A stretch of 64,000 bases of DNA, taken from assembly GCA_964106915.2 (NCBI GenBank), contig OZ066919.1; one strand, given 5' to 3'. The position numbers were made by a program, and so were the translations under genes. A model generated the notes under the pieces. The model was not told where the DNA came from. It saw only the letters and a list, made by a program, of their open reading frames with translations, and did no database searches. Shown here one piece after another: positions 27,931-40,225 of this stretch. Each line of letters opens with the position of its first letter. Positions within the stretch are counted from its first letter, which is position 1. This DNA is from Podarcis gaigeae (Eukaryota).

Positions 27931-29118
27931 GTGGGTTGGAAAATATTTTTGATATGATACCATGCCCATGATTACCAGCACAGATGCTTATGACAAACAC
28001 TGGGAACGTTGCACGAGACTAAATCAGGTGTCCTGCCATCCCAGGGCTTTAATAGGGATGTCAGGATATTGCCCACTTCAAGGGTTGGGGCAAACACACT
28101 TGTGGCTTCACCATGCAAACTGCTGCTTCCGGCTTACTCTGCCTCAAGGCAAACAATGTTGGTTTCAGCCAGGTGAAAGTTAAAGCAGAGGATGTGGCAG
28201 TTATGGGGCTCTCCTAGCTTTCAACGGAGCATCTTCTCCTTCCAAGAGCTACAGTTCCCACAACCTTCCCAGGAAATGGTGCTGAACATCATATTTGCAC
28301 CAAGGAAAAGGCTGTCTCCTCTGCTTTGATCTTTGCCTAGCTGGAGCTAAGGGATTTTTCAGCAAAGGGACACAAGCGTGGAGACATTAACAGAACAGCC
28401 ATTCGTTGAGCACCTGCTCTGTATTTTTGTTTTGTTTAATAAAGGGTGGTCTATAAGTAAAATGAGGGCAATTTTTAAAACACTGTGTTACTAGCAGGAG
28501 ATCCCTATGAAAGTTAATATGCATAAGAGAGGGACAGGATGGACTGTTTCTGTCCTTAGCTATCAGCTCTTGTATCCCATTCTCGTTTCCTAAATATTTG
28601 AGCTGTACTGTCACATTCTGCCTGCCACATTGACAGCCTCCATAACTGTTGGGGTGAAAAGCAAATAAAGATATCCTATGTTACACTCCCCACCCCACAA
28701 AAGAATCTGTGTTTCAGATGGACTGCCCTGTGCTGAAACCCAGCTCTTGGAGATTGCGGGTGGGAGGAAACATCACAAACAAACTGCCTCATTTCCCACC
28801 GCTTCCTCCAAAGAAGCACAAAGGGGGAAAAAAATCTCAAATGCCTGCGGAGATGTTGGTTTTGCTCCCTGCAAATGCAGAGCTCTCCATGCAGCACTTT
28901 ATCATCCCACCACGGGATGAATGGTGGCCATTCACTCCTGGAGAAGAAAGCGAAGGCACTTGGGAAAAGGGGGCTCATTCCTTAGCCCTGCAGATCCTGG
29001 CGATTAAGAATCAAGTCTCCTACTATTTCCGTAGCCCCATTCTGCATAGAATTTGTTGGTCACACTGAAAATGTAATGGAGCATTGAGAGAGTAGAATGG
29101 AATGCTTGGAACTGACAT

Positions 29119-29133
29119 GATAGATAGATAGAT

Positions 29134-29176
<43 letters not shown>
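29119..29176. repeat. (GATA)n microsatellite
   Basis: Direct reading; one GAT interruption. Confidence 0.95.
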
Positions 29177-29407
29177 CACCATCAATGCATATAGAACTTT
29201 ACTAAATCTAAGCAGTGTTGCATATTATCTCTCATTTTTTGTGGGTGTAGGGCAGTTGGTGTTTTTTTTTTAAGGACAAAAGAACTTTGAAAGATAAAAA
29301 AAAAGATGTAGCAAAAAAATAGCCCACCTTTCTATTTAGAAATAAAGTGTTCTAAGAGTTAAGTGGCAGTGGGGGCATCACTAAAATAATTTAAATTGTC
29401 ATTTCAG

Positions 29408-29593
29408 ATCAGAAGTGGAGAAAATGCTGCTAGCCTTGCCAATGAACTGGCTAAACATACCAAAGGACAAATCTATGCTGGTGATGTGAGTTCTTCAGTC
29501 AGACTGATGGAACAGTTGGTGGATATTCTTGATGCTCAGCTGCAAGATCTGAAGCCTAACGAGAAGGACTCTGCTGGACGGAGTTATAACAAG
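29408..29593 (+). CDS. ADGRL2: ADGRL2 GAIN subdomain A exon (186 nt)
   Basis: ttcag|ATC ... AAG|gtagat; [19 protein letters not shown]...DSAGRSYNK. Confidence 0.96.
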
Positions 29594-30319
29594 GTAGATA
29601 CCAACCTGAATAGCCTTCTCTGGTGTGCATTAGAACAACCTGGCCTTGTGGCTTTCTTTCTTTTCTCTTGCAAAACATCTGCCTGTATTTTGCACTAGTC
29701 CTTTGAAGTAGGGCACATTTAGGGGTGGTTTTTTTTGGGGGGGGGGAGGAACCACCAAATTCATGGAGACATGTGGATTCTGATGCTGTGTCAGAGTCCC
29801 CAAAGGTACACGAGAACGGAATGTGACCGTCCCCATGTGGGCAGCAGGAATTGAACGGATAATGTTAATTATACTTTAGCAGCAGCCTGAAACAGAACAA
29901 TGATTAAGGCATCAATAAGAATCAGACCTGTTGTGTCCTTTGATCCTTTATAATTCTCAACCTGGGGGGGGGGGACAAACTGCGGCAGGGAAAAATGAAT
30001 ACTCTCCCCCCCCCCCGTGACTTTCTTACTAACATATTTGACGTATAATACTAACGTATTAGAAGTATTTGACATACCAAGCCATGAACTAACCTTAGTG
30101 CATTGGAATGGCCTTGTGCTTCATTCACTCCCTTAAAAATCCACAGATTCATCTGGAAGTGATACTTTAACACACTTTAAGATTGTTAATTTTATCAGCA
30201 GATCTTATTTCTCCGGTTAGCATATAGGCGTTTGAACAATGATCAAGTAGTACTAATCCTATTACCCTTTAAAAAAAAATGTCTAACCTCTGATGTGTGT
30301 TTTTTGTCTTATTACCAAG

Positions 30320-30358
30320 CTCCAAAAGCGAGAGAAGACATGCAGGTCTTACCTTAAG
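30320..30358 (+). CDS. ADGRL2: ADGRL2 39-nt cassette exon in GAIN domain (LQKREKTCRSYLK)
   Basis: accaag|CTC ... AAG|gtatct; phase 0-0; weak splice sites; peptide matches the latrophilin-2 insert. Confidence 0.92.
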
Positions 30359-30723
30359 GTATCTCTCCTGTGCTGTCACCTTGCTTTGTCCCTGCTTCAG
30401 TCACCTGCTGCCACGCTTTTCCCTCCTGCTGCATGTCCCTATGTATTTCAGTCTTTGATAATTGTGCACTGTGCCTTCCCCACAGCAATTGTACAAAAAA
30501 AGGTGTTGGCTTTGCACGGGTATAATACCTTCAGTAAAAGCCAGTCGTAAATAATAAATCAATAATCGATACTTCCTTTCCTCCTCCTTTTATCAAAAAA
30601 AAAAAAAGAGCAGCCATGGAGCTTTTAACTGAATTGGAAATAAGAACAGCTTTGCTTCCTCGTGGTATTGTGCCTGTGGAAGGAAAACAAAACTGGCAAT
30701 GGGCACACAAATTGTTTGACATG

Positions 30724-30908
30724 GGAACACAGGAAGTTGCCTTATACTGAGTATAGATCCACATAGCTCAGTATTGCCTACACTGGCTGGTAGCCGCTCT
30801 CCAGGGTTTCAGACTGGGGACATTGCCAGACCGGCCTGGAAATGCTAGGGATTAAAGTCGGGACTTTTCTGCATGCGGTGCAGATGCTCTATCACAGAGC
30901 TACGGCCC
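30724..30908 (-). mobile_element. tRNA-derived SINE (Ala-TGC-like head)
   Basis: Minus strand GGGCCGTAGCTCTGTGATAGAGCATCTGC...TGCAGAAAAGTCCCGAC...CTGAAACCCTGGAGAGC...CAGTATAAGGCAACTTCCTGTGTTCC. Confidence 0.8.
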
Positions 30909-33900
30909 TGCCCCTTGCACCTGGGTTTTGTGTTTGCAGACCTGTGTATCAAAGACTGTGTAGCCATATCTAGTGGAATCCACTAATCACTGCTGCCTCG
31001 TGACTTCCATTGGTTCAGTGGAGTTTGTGTGGCAAAAGTGTCTTATGGATTACATCCCATGCTCGTGCATGACGAAAAAACAAAAACCCCAACACATACA
31101 CATGTTAAACTACCCTACATTTTATTTTATTTTTGTGCACTCTTGAATCCAGCGAGTTCTCTTTTGTGTGTGTGACACCAGGGAAGCGTGTGTGTGTGTG
31201 TGGAGAGTTAACAAAGGCCAGCTTTGATCATTTGAGTTACAGATACAGTGCAAACTTTCCTCATATTCTCCTGGAAGCATATCCTGTTTCCCATATACCA
31301 GGAGAGGCATAAAGATACTAAGGAACTTGGAAAGTCTTGCAGGTCTTATTATGTGTATTCTGTTCTGGTTAATGTCAGTATTTCAACTGTGGTGGGATGT
31401 TGGATGAAAAACGAAAGCCTGCTACTGATTTGTTTTGAAACATGCATTCCATATGTCTTCGTAGTTTTTTCTTTTGCAATGTTACCAATTGGTATTAAAA
31501 ATAGCAATTAAAAAAAAAAAAGCCCGAAGCAGCGCAGCATAGAATAAAATCAATAATAAAAAGGCTCCTAAGAGATGTAACGTTGTCCAACTGCTTAAAA
31601 ACAACAGTGCAACTGAGAGCGGACCAGTTTATTGTTCACTCCTTTTCCTTAACCCCTTTCTCTGGAGTTACAAATCGTCCCACTCCGCGAAGGAACTAGC
31701 CATGATGAAAGCTATAACATCTGCAGAAATGCCAACTATGGTTGGAGCTTACCAGAACTTAATGCAGAATTACACCATGGTTTCTCATCTGGGGTTAACA
31801 GGGATCCCAGTTAGTCCTAGCTGCAGACATGATATTTAACTATGGGGTATGCATCCTACCAAAGGCCGGAAAAAGGTCCTGCACAATCCCTTGGCTGGCT
31901 GTTGATTGCTTAACCATGGAATATGTTACATCTGCTCTCAGCCCAGATGACATTTTGCCCTCTGTTTTACATTCAGCTGCTGATAAAACTTTGGGGAGTC
32001 CGAAGTGTGTTCAGTTTTATCAAGCGGTTTTGCAAGGAAAGGAGAGTAGGAGGCGGGGAGAACCACATGTATCTTAAATTATATCATGATAACTGCTCTC
32101 TTTTAAAGCCAGTGAGTGTGGACGCAAAGCAAAGTCTGCTGAATTGGGTTGATTTCTTTTTTACAGTTGCATTTGCAGTTCACCTTTGAAGATAAATGTC
32201 ATTGGGTAAAATGTAATAACCATGTGTGTGGTTGCTACTGAAAATGTTTTGTCACTGTGATGGCAAGAATCTAGGGTTATGAGCCGGTCTTAAGTGAGGC
32301 GTTAATTCCCAATGATTTATTTGAATGAGGAGGTTGAGCACAGGCATAAATATTCTCCACTGAAATCAGTGGGGTCTCAAGCCTCCTTCACATTTTACTC
32401 TTGTAAAGGGGCAATATGAGTAGAAAGGGGCTCCTTCAGGCCCCACTCTTGCCACCTATGTATTAAGTGTGGATGTCTGAGGTGGGGGAAGCCTTTGCAC
32501 ATAGATGTCTGGACACATAGGCTTCCAGGACCCAGAGAAGCCTACATTTGTAGGCTACCCCACATCGGAAGTCTATACTAATGGCTGGGCATGTGTACAT
32601 CTGCTACATGACCCCCCCCTCCACCCTTGTTCTCTAGTGGTTGGTATTCAGCTATGTTTTACTCAGAGTACTCCTGCTGCAATTGATGTACCTAACTTAG
32701 CCATGTGCATTACTTTCCACGTGCCTACTCTTGAGTAAAACTTAATACAACTCATAGTTTAAACACACACACAAAATCCAATTATACAAATACAACTTAG
32801 CACGTAAAACCACCCCAAAGCCAGCACAAACACAGCAGCACAAAATCAGTTTTAAACCGGCAAGGGGAAAACATTTATGTTAGCAATTTATAGGTAGCTT
32901 AATGTAAAAACAAAAAAAACCCTCTCTAAGCAATTTACCAAGTTGTTTAAAAAACACACACAAAAACAACCAATCCATAAAACTGTAAGGCTAGAATACA
33001 AATAAGATGAAAATACATGTTGTCACTAAAAATCCATAATCGGAATACTAAAACAAAATACTGAGGAGTGCATATGGGGGGGGGCGGATTAACAGTCAAA
33101 AATGCCCAATCAAATAACTAAGCTTTTGATGGGCATCTAAAATACATCACGATTGACATCTCCCGGATTGTGTGGGAGAGGAGGCAAGGAATTAAGCATA
33201 TTTTAAAAATGTGCATGTCCTGGAAGAATATAAATGTCTACACTTGGCACAATGCAGGTGGGCACCAGGCAAGCCTCTCTGACGAGGATGTTCTGTGTAT
33301 GGGACACCACTACCAAAAAGACCTTGCTACCTTTGGACTGTGGCATTATGGCCTGGGAATTTATTTTAACTCTCCACCTCCCTCCCCAGCCACCTTTGAC
33401 AAGAAATAGTGTCATTAAAGAGCTGACTATTTTAATGTGACCAAAGAAAAGCAGCCAGTCAGACAACATTAAAAATATAAGGAGTGAATCGGGCTAATGG
33501 ATGCATGCAGCCATCAGGACGCGTATATACACGCAACACGAACTGCAGCACAGCCTTAATTTCTCGCTGAGATCATTTTTAGTAGGTCTCAAATGAGCTT
33601 CCCAGTTTGGCTAAGACTAATAAAAACCTCTTAAAATTACAAATCGAAAGCTGGCTGATGCTATGCAAATGAAGCAAGTCCTCACTTCGCGACAGAGGAT
33701 TCATTTGTAACTCAGATCAGAGGCTCCGATCCGTATTTCTTGGTGACTAATGAATATGGCCTCTGCAGACCAATTTCTGTTCCACTCTATTTAATGGCTG
33801 AAGCAGTATCAGTGTGAGCAGTTTGACTCTTCTATTTCCCATTAGAGAAGGGGGGAAGAAAATCCTTTCATTCCACTCCAAAGTATCTCCCACCTGCCAT

Positions 33901-34669
33901 TGTAGAGACTCACAATTCAGACAGAAAGAGGATATTAAGATGGATTAGGCTAATTAATTTTGCTCCTGACAATAGATAGTCCTGACCCAACTTTTGTCTA
34001 TCCATTCAGGCGTGGAGCAGTGTTCTGGGCGCGACATCTTTTTATTTGTGTGACGCACGCTGTTTGCATTTCTATTTGTTTTCGAAATCAGCCAAATCAT
34101 ATGCAGATATAGATATATGTACCTAATGACACATTGTAACTAGGTAAATGGGACATGGTGATTCAGCAATCACCCACATTATGCATTAACGTAAGAGCCT
34201 CCCTTCAACTGACGAATACCGTGTTTTCACTAAAGATCCTTTAAAAAATCCTCCTTAATTGCATATTATTTTGTGAGCATCTTAATGTGAGTGTAAGTAT
34301 GTAAGATCAGGCCGCTACCGGTCATTCTTCAGTTCTGAATAAATGGGAAAATCCTCTGCTCCTGCCAAACTTAACATGAACATCGGAGTCCAGTGTAGCT
34401 CTAGCCCGGCTGGAAGAACTTTAAAATTAAAGCCATGAGTGTTCCCTTTTTATATGCTTCAGTATGCTAATAATATTCTTTTTCGCTGCTGCTCCAAGGC
34501 TTCTTATATCAATGCTCTTTGTTATAAGGGGAAAGCGGTAGCCTTTTGGTCTCTAAATCACTGCAAATCATGTTGACAGTTAAATATTGTAATTGTCATC
34601 AGATCATGTTAGGGACTCTCTCCTGTTGCCTTAAGGCAGTAAGGCCTAATATTTTTCTACTGAATGCAG

Positions 34670-34853
34670 GCTATTGTTGACACGGTGGACAACCTGCTTA
34701 GGACCCAAGCGCTAGACTCCTGGAGAGATATGAATTCCTCTGAACGAGCACATGCTGCAACCATGTTACTTGATACCCTGGAAGAAGGGGCCTTTGTCTT
34801 GGCTGACAACCTCTTAGAACCAACAAGGGTCGCAATGCCTACAGATCACATCG
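34670..34853 (+). CDS. ADGRL2: ADGRL2 GAIN exon (184 nt)
   Basis: tgcag|GCT ... G|gtaagt; [11 protein letters not shown]...[25 protein letters not shown]. Confidence 0.96.
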
Positions 34854-35029
34854 GTAAGTGAATACGTCTTGAAACGCTTGGCATCACACCGTGGGAAGAG
34901 TCCACCAAACCTAGTGGTTATTCCACATTAGATGGAACAGTGTAATCTGCCCAATTAGAAATATATTACGTGAAAATAATACAGAAACCCCTGCATTTTA
35001 AAAATGGAAAAGCATTGTAGATTGATGTT

Positions 35030-35252
35030 CTGGTTATAGAACAGATAGCGACTAAGATTGTAAATTCCTAGTTCGATTATTTTTGGCTAACAAAATTAAG
35101 TCAAAGGACTTAGGCAAGTAACCATTATCTTATTCTCATCCGAATTATGGAGCCAATAATGTTGGGCTACTTCTGAAGGATTATTGTAAATATTTCTGGA
35201 TAAAATGTGTATGTAGCGCTTTGAACACTTTGAAAAATGTGCTACATAAATG
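35030..35252 (+). mobile_element. Old CORE/MIR-like SINE
   Basis: ttaggcaagtaacc ... ggattattgtaaa ... tgtagcgctttgaacac ... gtgctacataaatg pattern. Confidence 0.5.
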
Positions 35253-36350
35253 ATAGAAAATACATAGATATTTTTCAGTCCTCATGGTAGAAACTCTTTC
35301 TCCTTTTTACATAATCGGTTCCTAATGAATGTAGATTACTTTCAGGGAGAGCGCATTGCCAACTTTGGGCACATAGCACATAGTCTAAATGTTTGCATTA
35401 AACACAACTGCCTTCAGGTGAAAGTGTGTTCAGTGAGCCACGTCTCCCACAATACAAAATAGCCATGCTTCGCAGATTGCAAAATAGCTACCAACACTTT
35501 GAGCATAATTTATCATTTAAATGCTGGCAGGGAAATGAAACTATTATGTATTAGGGACATACAGGTATATCTTGTTGTGGTTAAGAAGGTTGTTGTGTAT
35601 AGATGTAAAATGCCACTCTCCTTGCGCCCTTGAGGCTTATACCAGTCTACATATTAGGAGGTAGAGCACACATATGTCACAGACATTTTGAGGCTAGACC
35701 TTAAAATGGAAAAACTAATTTATGAATGGGAGAATGTCAGGAACGTGGATTTGTGAATGAGGTGGGGCATATTTCTGTTGCTAAAGGTGAAGGCAGAGTT
35801 TGCAGATGATCAGCTGTGGAATGCTAAGGATGTCTACTCCAAAGTAAATTCATCTAGGTTAAGTGGGCCTTTGCCTGCAAAGCAAATCCCCTTTGTACCA
35901 GGCCTGGTGGGCTGGGGAGATGGATTGGCTTGAGGTGCCTCACCACCCAGTCATTGCACTGACTGCCACTATCAGCCTGCAGAGCGAGGTCAGCATGTAG
36001 AGTCTCCCCCACAATGGGCAGAAGTACCACCAGTGGAAGCCATGTTCCAGGAAAGAGGAGGTGCTGAGCTGGACCTCTTCACTTGCTGGCATTGGTCCTG
36101 AGCTTGGCTGGATCACTGATCACCTCCAGGCTGCTGCAGCAACCTGCTTTCCCCCTCCTCCAGCCATCTCCCCTGGCCGGTGTGAGAGTTGTGGATGGGT
36201 TCCACCATTCCGTCACACCCTGCCCTTGCCCAACTAGTTGCTATCTAGTAATCATATTTCTTTCATATTTAGTTTATCTATTTACATTTATAAATATATA
36301 CCCATTTTTCCCCTAGAAAAATAGCTGCTGGTACGCACCCTGCTACAGTT

Positions 36351-36481
36351 ACAGATAGGTAGCCGTGTTGGTCTGCCATAGTCAAAACAAAACAAAATTC
36401 CTTCCAGTAGCACCTTAAAGACCAACTAAGTTAGTTCTTGGTATGAGCTTTCGTGTGCATGCACACTTCTTCAGATACCCT
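36351..36481 (-). mobile_element. Short Penelope-like element (terminal repeat fragment) with 16-bp flanking duplication
   Basis: GCACCCTGCTACAGTT at 36335-36350 and 36482-36497; the insert carries the hammerhead motif typical of PLE terminal repeats. Confidence 0.8.
36440..36479 (-). ncRNA. Minimal type I hammerhead ribozyme motif
   Basis: Minus strand reads GGUAU-CUGAAGA-A-GUGUG(CAUG)CACAC-GAAA-GC-UC-AUACC: intact core, stem I 5 bp, stem II 5-6 bp, palindromic AGCU stem III. Confidence 0.8.
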
Positions 36482-37119
36482 GCACCCTGCTACAGTTTTT
36501 AACAAGAACAAAAAAGAGGTGCCGTTACTGCATACTCTTGAGTAACCCCTGAAAAAAAGGACTGTCCATATCCTACCTTTCCCCAGAGTTGTGCCCATTG
36601 TTATTACCTCCACCACCCCTTTAATTTAAGTATGTTAGGCTAAAATACAATGACTGAGCCATGGTCACCCTACAGAGATTTAAGCCTGGATGCCTCCAGT
36701 CCCATTCTGACAGTTTTAATGATCTACTCCTCTGGCTTCCTGTTGCTGAGAGATTAGGCATAGCAATAGCAAGTAGGACACAAACACTAAAAATTCATGC
36801 ATCATGGCTGCTTTGGTCTCCAAAAGTTAAGCATTTCTTCCAACTAAGAACTCTTGGGACTTTTGAAGTGATCTCTCTTAGGCTCACATTAAAACCAGGT
36901 TGGCTGTCATGTTCTTTGAACTGGCGTGCTGTTACTTTTGTGCATCTGCACTCGGGTTTGATTAAAATTTAAAGGAAAACGACTCCAATGCTACCGGTAT
37001 GCATCTGTCATGTACAAGCAAGAAAATAAGCATCCCGAAAGGAAAAAAGGAAAAGGAAAACATCAGCCAAATCTGACCACAGAAAACAAAAACCTTCTTC
37101 TTGCTTTTTGTCCACCTAG

Positions 37120-37242
37120 TCTTGGAAGTTGCAGTGCTGAGTACAGAAGGACAGGTGCAGGACTTGAAATTCCCCCAGGGCAATGCGGGAGGCAATTCTA
37201 TCCAGCTCTCTTCGAACACTGTGAAGCAGAACAGCAGAAGCG
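37120..37242 (+). CDS. ADGRL2: ADGRL2 GAIN exon (123 nt)
   Basis: cctag|TC ... G|gtatgt; [19 protein letters not shown]...TVKQNSRSG. Confidence 0.95.
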
Positions 37243-37510
37243 GTATGTCTTTTGCAAACCATTTATTTTTCAGCTGTAGCAACTTAATTTTGGAAGGGTT
37301 TGCTGTGTTATAATAATACACCCTCAGCAACATTAAAAATAGCTAGTCGATAGCTCTCATTTGTAAATAACATTAGGCTGGCCTTTTTTCTTTCTTTCCT
37401 TCTTTTTTTTTTTACTCGAATCAATCTTTCTGCACTAAAGCTGGGGAGGGCTAGGCTATTTAAAACATGCCATGTTACTTAAAGTGACTATAATAGCTTT
37501 CTTTTCACAG

Positions 37511-37716
37511 GGTTAGCAAAGCTGGTTTTCATAATTTACAAAAGCTTGGGCCAGTTCCTCAGTACGGAAAATGCAACCATCAAACTGGGAGGAGAGTTTG
37601 CTGGCAGGAACAGTACCATCGCTGTGAACTCTGACGTCATTGCGGCCTCCATCAACAAGGAGTCCAGTCGCGTGTACTTGACAGACCCTGTTCTTTTCAC
37701 CCTGGCACACATTGAT
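37511..37716 (+). CDS. ADGRL2: ADGRL2 GAIN exon (206 nt)
   Basis: cacag|GG ... GAT|gtgagt; [25 protein letters not shown]...[11 protein letters not shown]. Confidence 0.96.
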
Positions 37717-38214
37717 GTGAGTTATGGTAATGAATTAATGGGAAGGTCATAAAATCAGCAAGAGCAAAGAGCAAAGAAGGGACGGGGGTGGATCTTTCAA
37801 TTTGAATTTTAAATGTCGGACTAGGTCAGAGGCACAGGTTTGTTTAAGTCTACGAACATAAAATTAAATGAGCCTGGTTCAGTGATTATTAGAACTTAAG
37901 TGTATTCTTAATGAAAGCTAATTCGGTAATCAACATGAAAATGTAAATGGCTCTAATTTGTTCCTAAGTGAAAATTAACTCTTACCTTAGCAGCAGGACA
38001 GAAAAACACCAGCTCTTATGATTTTGCTTCCTTAATGCAGCAAAATCTTAATGGAACTTAGAAGATTTTGCTTTAATTCCATACTGTCTGCTGGAGCCCA
38101 TTCACTAATCGTTCAGATAGGTTTTAGTCAACGAGGGAATCTGGTGCTGTTTTCTGCATTCTGCTTGGCACTAGGTTTAACTTCTCTGTGCTTGAACTAG
38201 TCAGGTGTTAGTAT

Positions 38215-38402
38215 TCCGACTAAACATCAGGAAGAACTTTTTGACAACAAGAGCTGCTCAAGAGTGGAACAGACTCTTTAGAGTTGTTATTTTTAGCAGA
38301 GGTTAGATGTCCATCTGTCATGTATGATCTAGTTGAGATTCCTGTATTGCAGGGGTTTGGACTAGATGACCCTCAGGAATCCCTTCCAATGCTACGATTT
38401 TA
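38215..38402 (+). mobile_element. CR1 LINE 3' end
   Basis: aacatcaggaagaactttttgaca ... ttgcaggggtttggactagatgaccctcagg...cccttccaa, the canonical CR1 terminus. Confidence 0.85.
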
Positions 38403-39029
38403 TTTTCCCAGCTGAGATTTTCCATTTACCAAAAGAGAAGACTCTTAAAAAAAAGAAAGGAAAAATCCCCTTTCTAGGTGTTTTTCCCCAGACTAGTTTT
38501 TCAGTTCAGTTTAATCTGAATTATTATGTCTAGTGATCCTTTAGACTTGATGGAAATTGAGAAAAGGAAAGTGAATTCGTTAGTAAATCCTCAATTATTC
38601 AAGAAGCCTTTTAGAGAAACTTCATGAATATACTGCTGCAGGATCGGCAGAAATGGCCACAAGTGCAAAGTATGAACATTGAACAGCAAGTAGGAAACTG
38701 ATTGATTAAAATTAGATCTATAGTAATGTGGATTGCACTTTGTCGTATTTTAAACTATTAAACCCACTTTATAACTAGGTGGTAGGCTTGTTCAACATGT
38801 TCTTGTTGGGTTTGCTAATGCTGGCTACAATCCACCACAGTCTATCCTAGGTCACCTTAATTGCTGTTTAATGGTGTATGAACCTATGCCCCTTATTCAA
38901 TTGTGCTCCAAAACAGAAAACCACAAAAATGTGGAGAATGTAATCCAAATTGTATTCTATGCCCATTGCGCCATACTTGTCATTTTTGGGGTTACAGTTC
39001 TAATTTTCTTTCATCCTGGTGTTTTGTAG

Positions 39030-39203
39030 ACCAAGAATTATTTCAATGCAAATTGTTCTTTCTGGAACTACTCTGAACGGACTATGATGGGCTATTGGTC
39101 AACTCAAGGATGCAAGCTGATCGACACAAATAAAACGCATACCACGTGTGCATGTAGCCACCTAACCAATTTTGCAATCCTCATGGCACATAGGGGAATT
39201 GCG
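39030..39203 (+). CDS. ADGRL2: ADGRL2 GPS exon with autoproteolysis site HL|T and tethered agonist TNFAILM (174 nt)
   Basis: tgtag|ACC ... GCG|gtaagg; [23 protein letters not shown]...[19 protein letters not shown]; cleavage between codons 39162-39164 (Leu) and 39165-39167 (Thr); missed by the ORF track. Confidence 0.97.
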
Positions 39204-40095
39204 GTAAGGAACAATGCCTTTAATCGGCAACCAAATGACATTTAGAAAACCCACTTTAACTTCTCTATGTTTGAACTATCTATACAGTCGGATGTTAGTA
39301 TAATTTCAGAATCCTTCTGGACATCTCATTTCACAGTATTCCAAATATGACCTTTGTGTTCCATAGGTTCAGATGTAAAATGAAGAAAAAGAATGTGTCT
39401 GTTCAGCACCTTATATTTAATGCTGAATGCCATTTCATTAAAGGAGCTCAAAAAGAACAAGCATCCCTTATCATTATATACCAATATTTTCTGCTTTCTG
39501 GCAGTTTTAAGTTCTCCGACATACTCTTGCTTTCTCAAAGCATTTTGTAGATTTCTGATAGGATTGCAGTTAAGACTGATTACTTGAAAACCCTGCAAAT
39601 TCACATTGGGACTGGTTAACTGTTGACAAAGGGATGGATATTTACACCTTTCAAAAGCATACTTAAAAGGGAAGTGTGTATTCTGCTCTGCATTCTCTAG
39701 ACCCAGGTAATAGGTATCTGGATGGCATCAGTTCTGAGGCAAAATCAAAAACTACCAAGAACTATAAAGTACAAGTTCTTCTAGATGCTACTGAGCTACA
39801 GAGCCATGGAAATGATAATAAAGGATGTTAATTTTCTCTTACCTGGCCATGAGCTGTATCACTGGCCAAGGAGCCTGACAGCCTCACCTACTCTAACTGG
39901 ATCACACAATGAGAGTTATTCATCCATTTCATTTATGGAACATATGGCTTTTACTGAAAATCTCTAGTTTCCTTAAATTTCCTTTAATGACCTGAACAAT
40001 GCTTTATTTGTGCATTCAATATAGAAATTATGTTTTCCCTCCCCTGCCCTCCTTCCAAAACATCCCTTAGGCTTAAAATGTGGCATGTTATTGGA

Positions 40096-40125
40096 AATAA
40101 TAATAATAATAATAATAATAATAAT
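40096..40125. repeat. (AAT)n microsatellite
   Basis: Direct reading. Confidence 0.95.
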
Positions 40126-40225
40126 TTTTCAAAGTTAGTTCATCTCCAGTATTTACAAACATGATACTTTAGTTTTGTATTGATCAATGACCACACTAAT
40201 TTTCTTTACTCTTCATCATTTCCAG

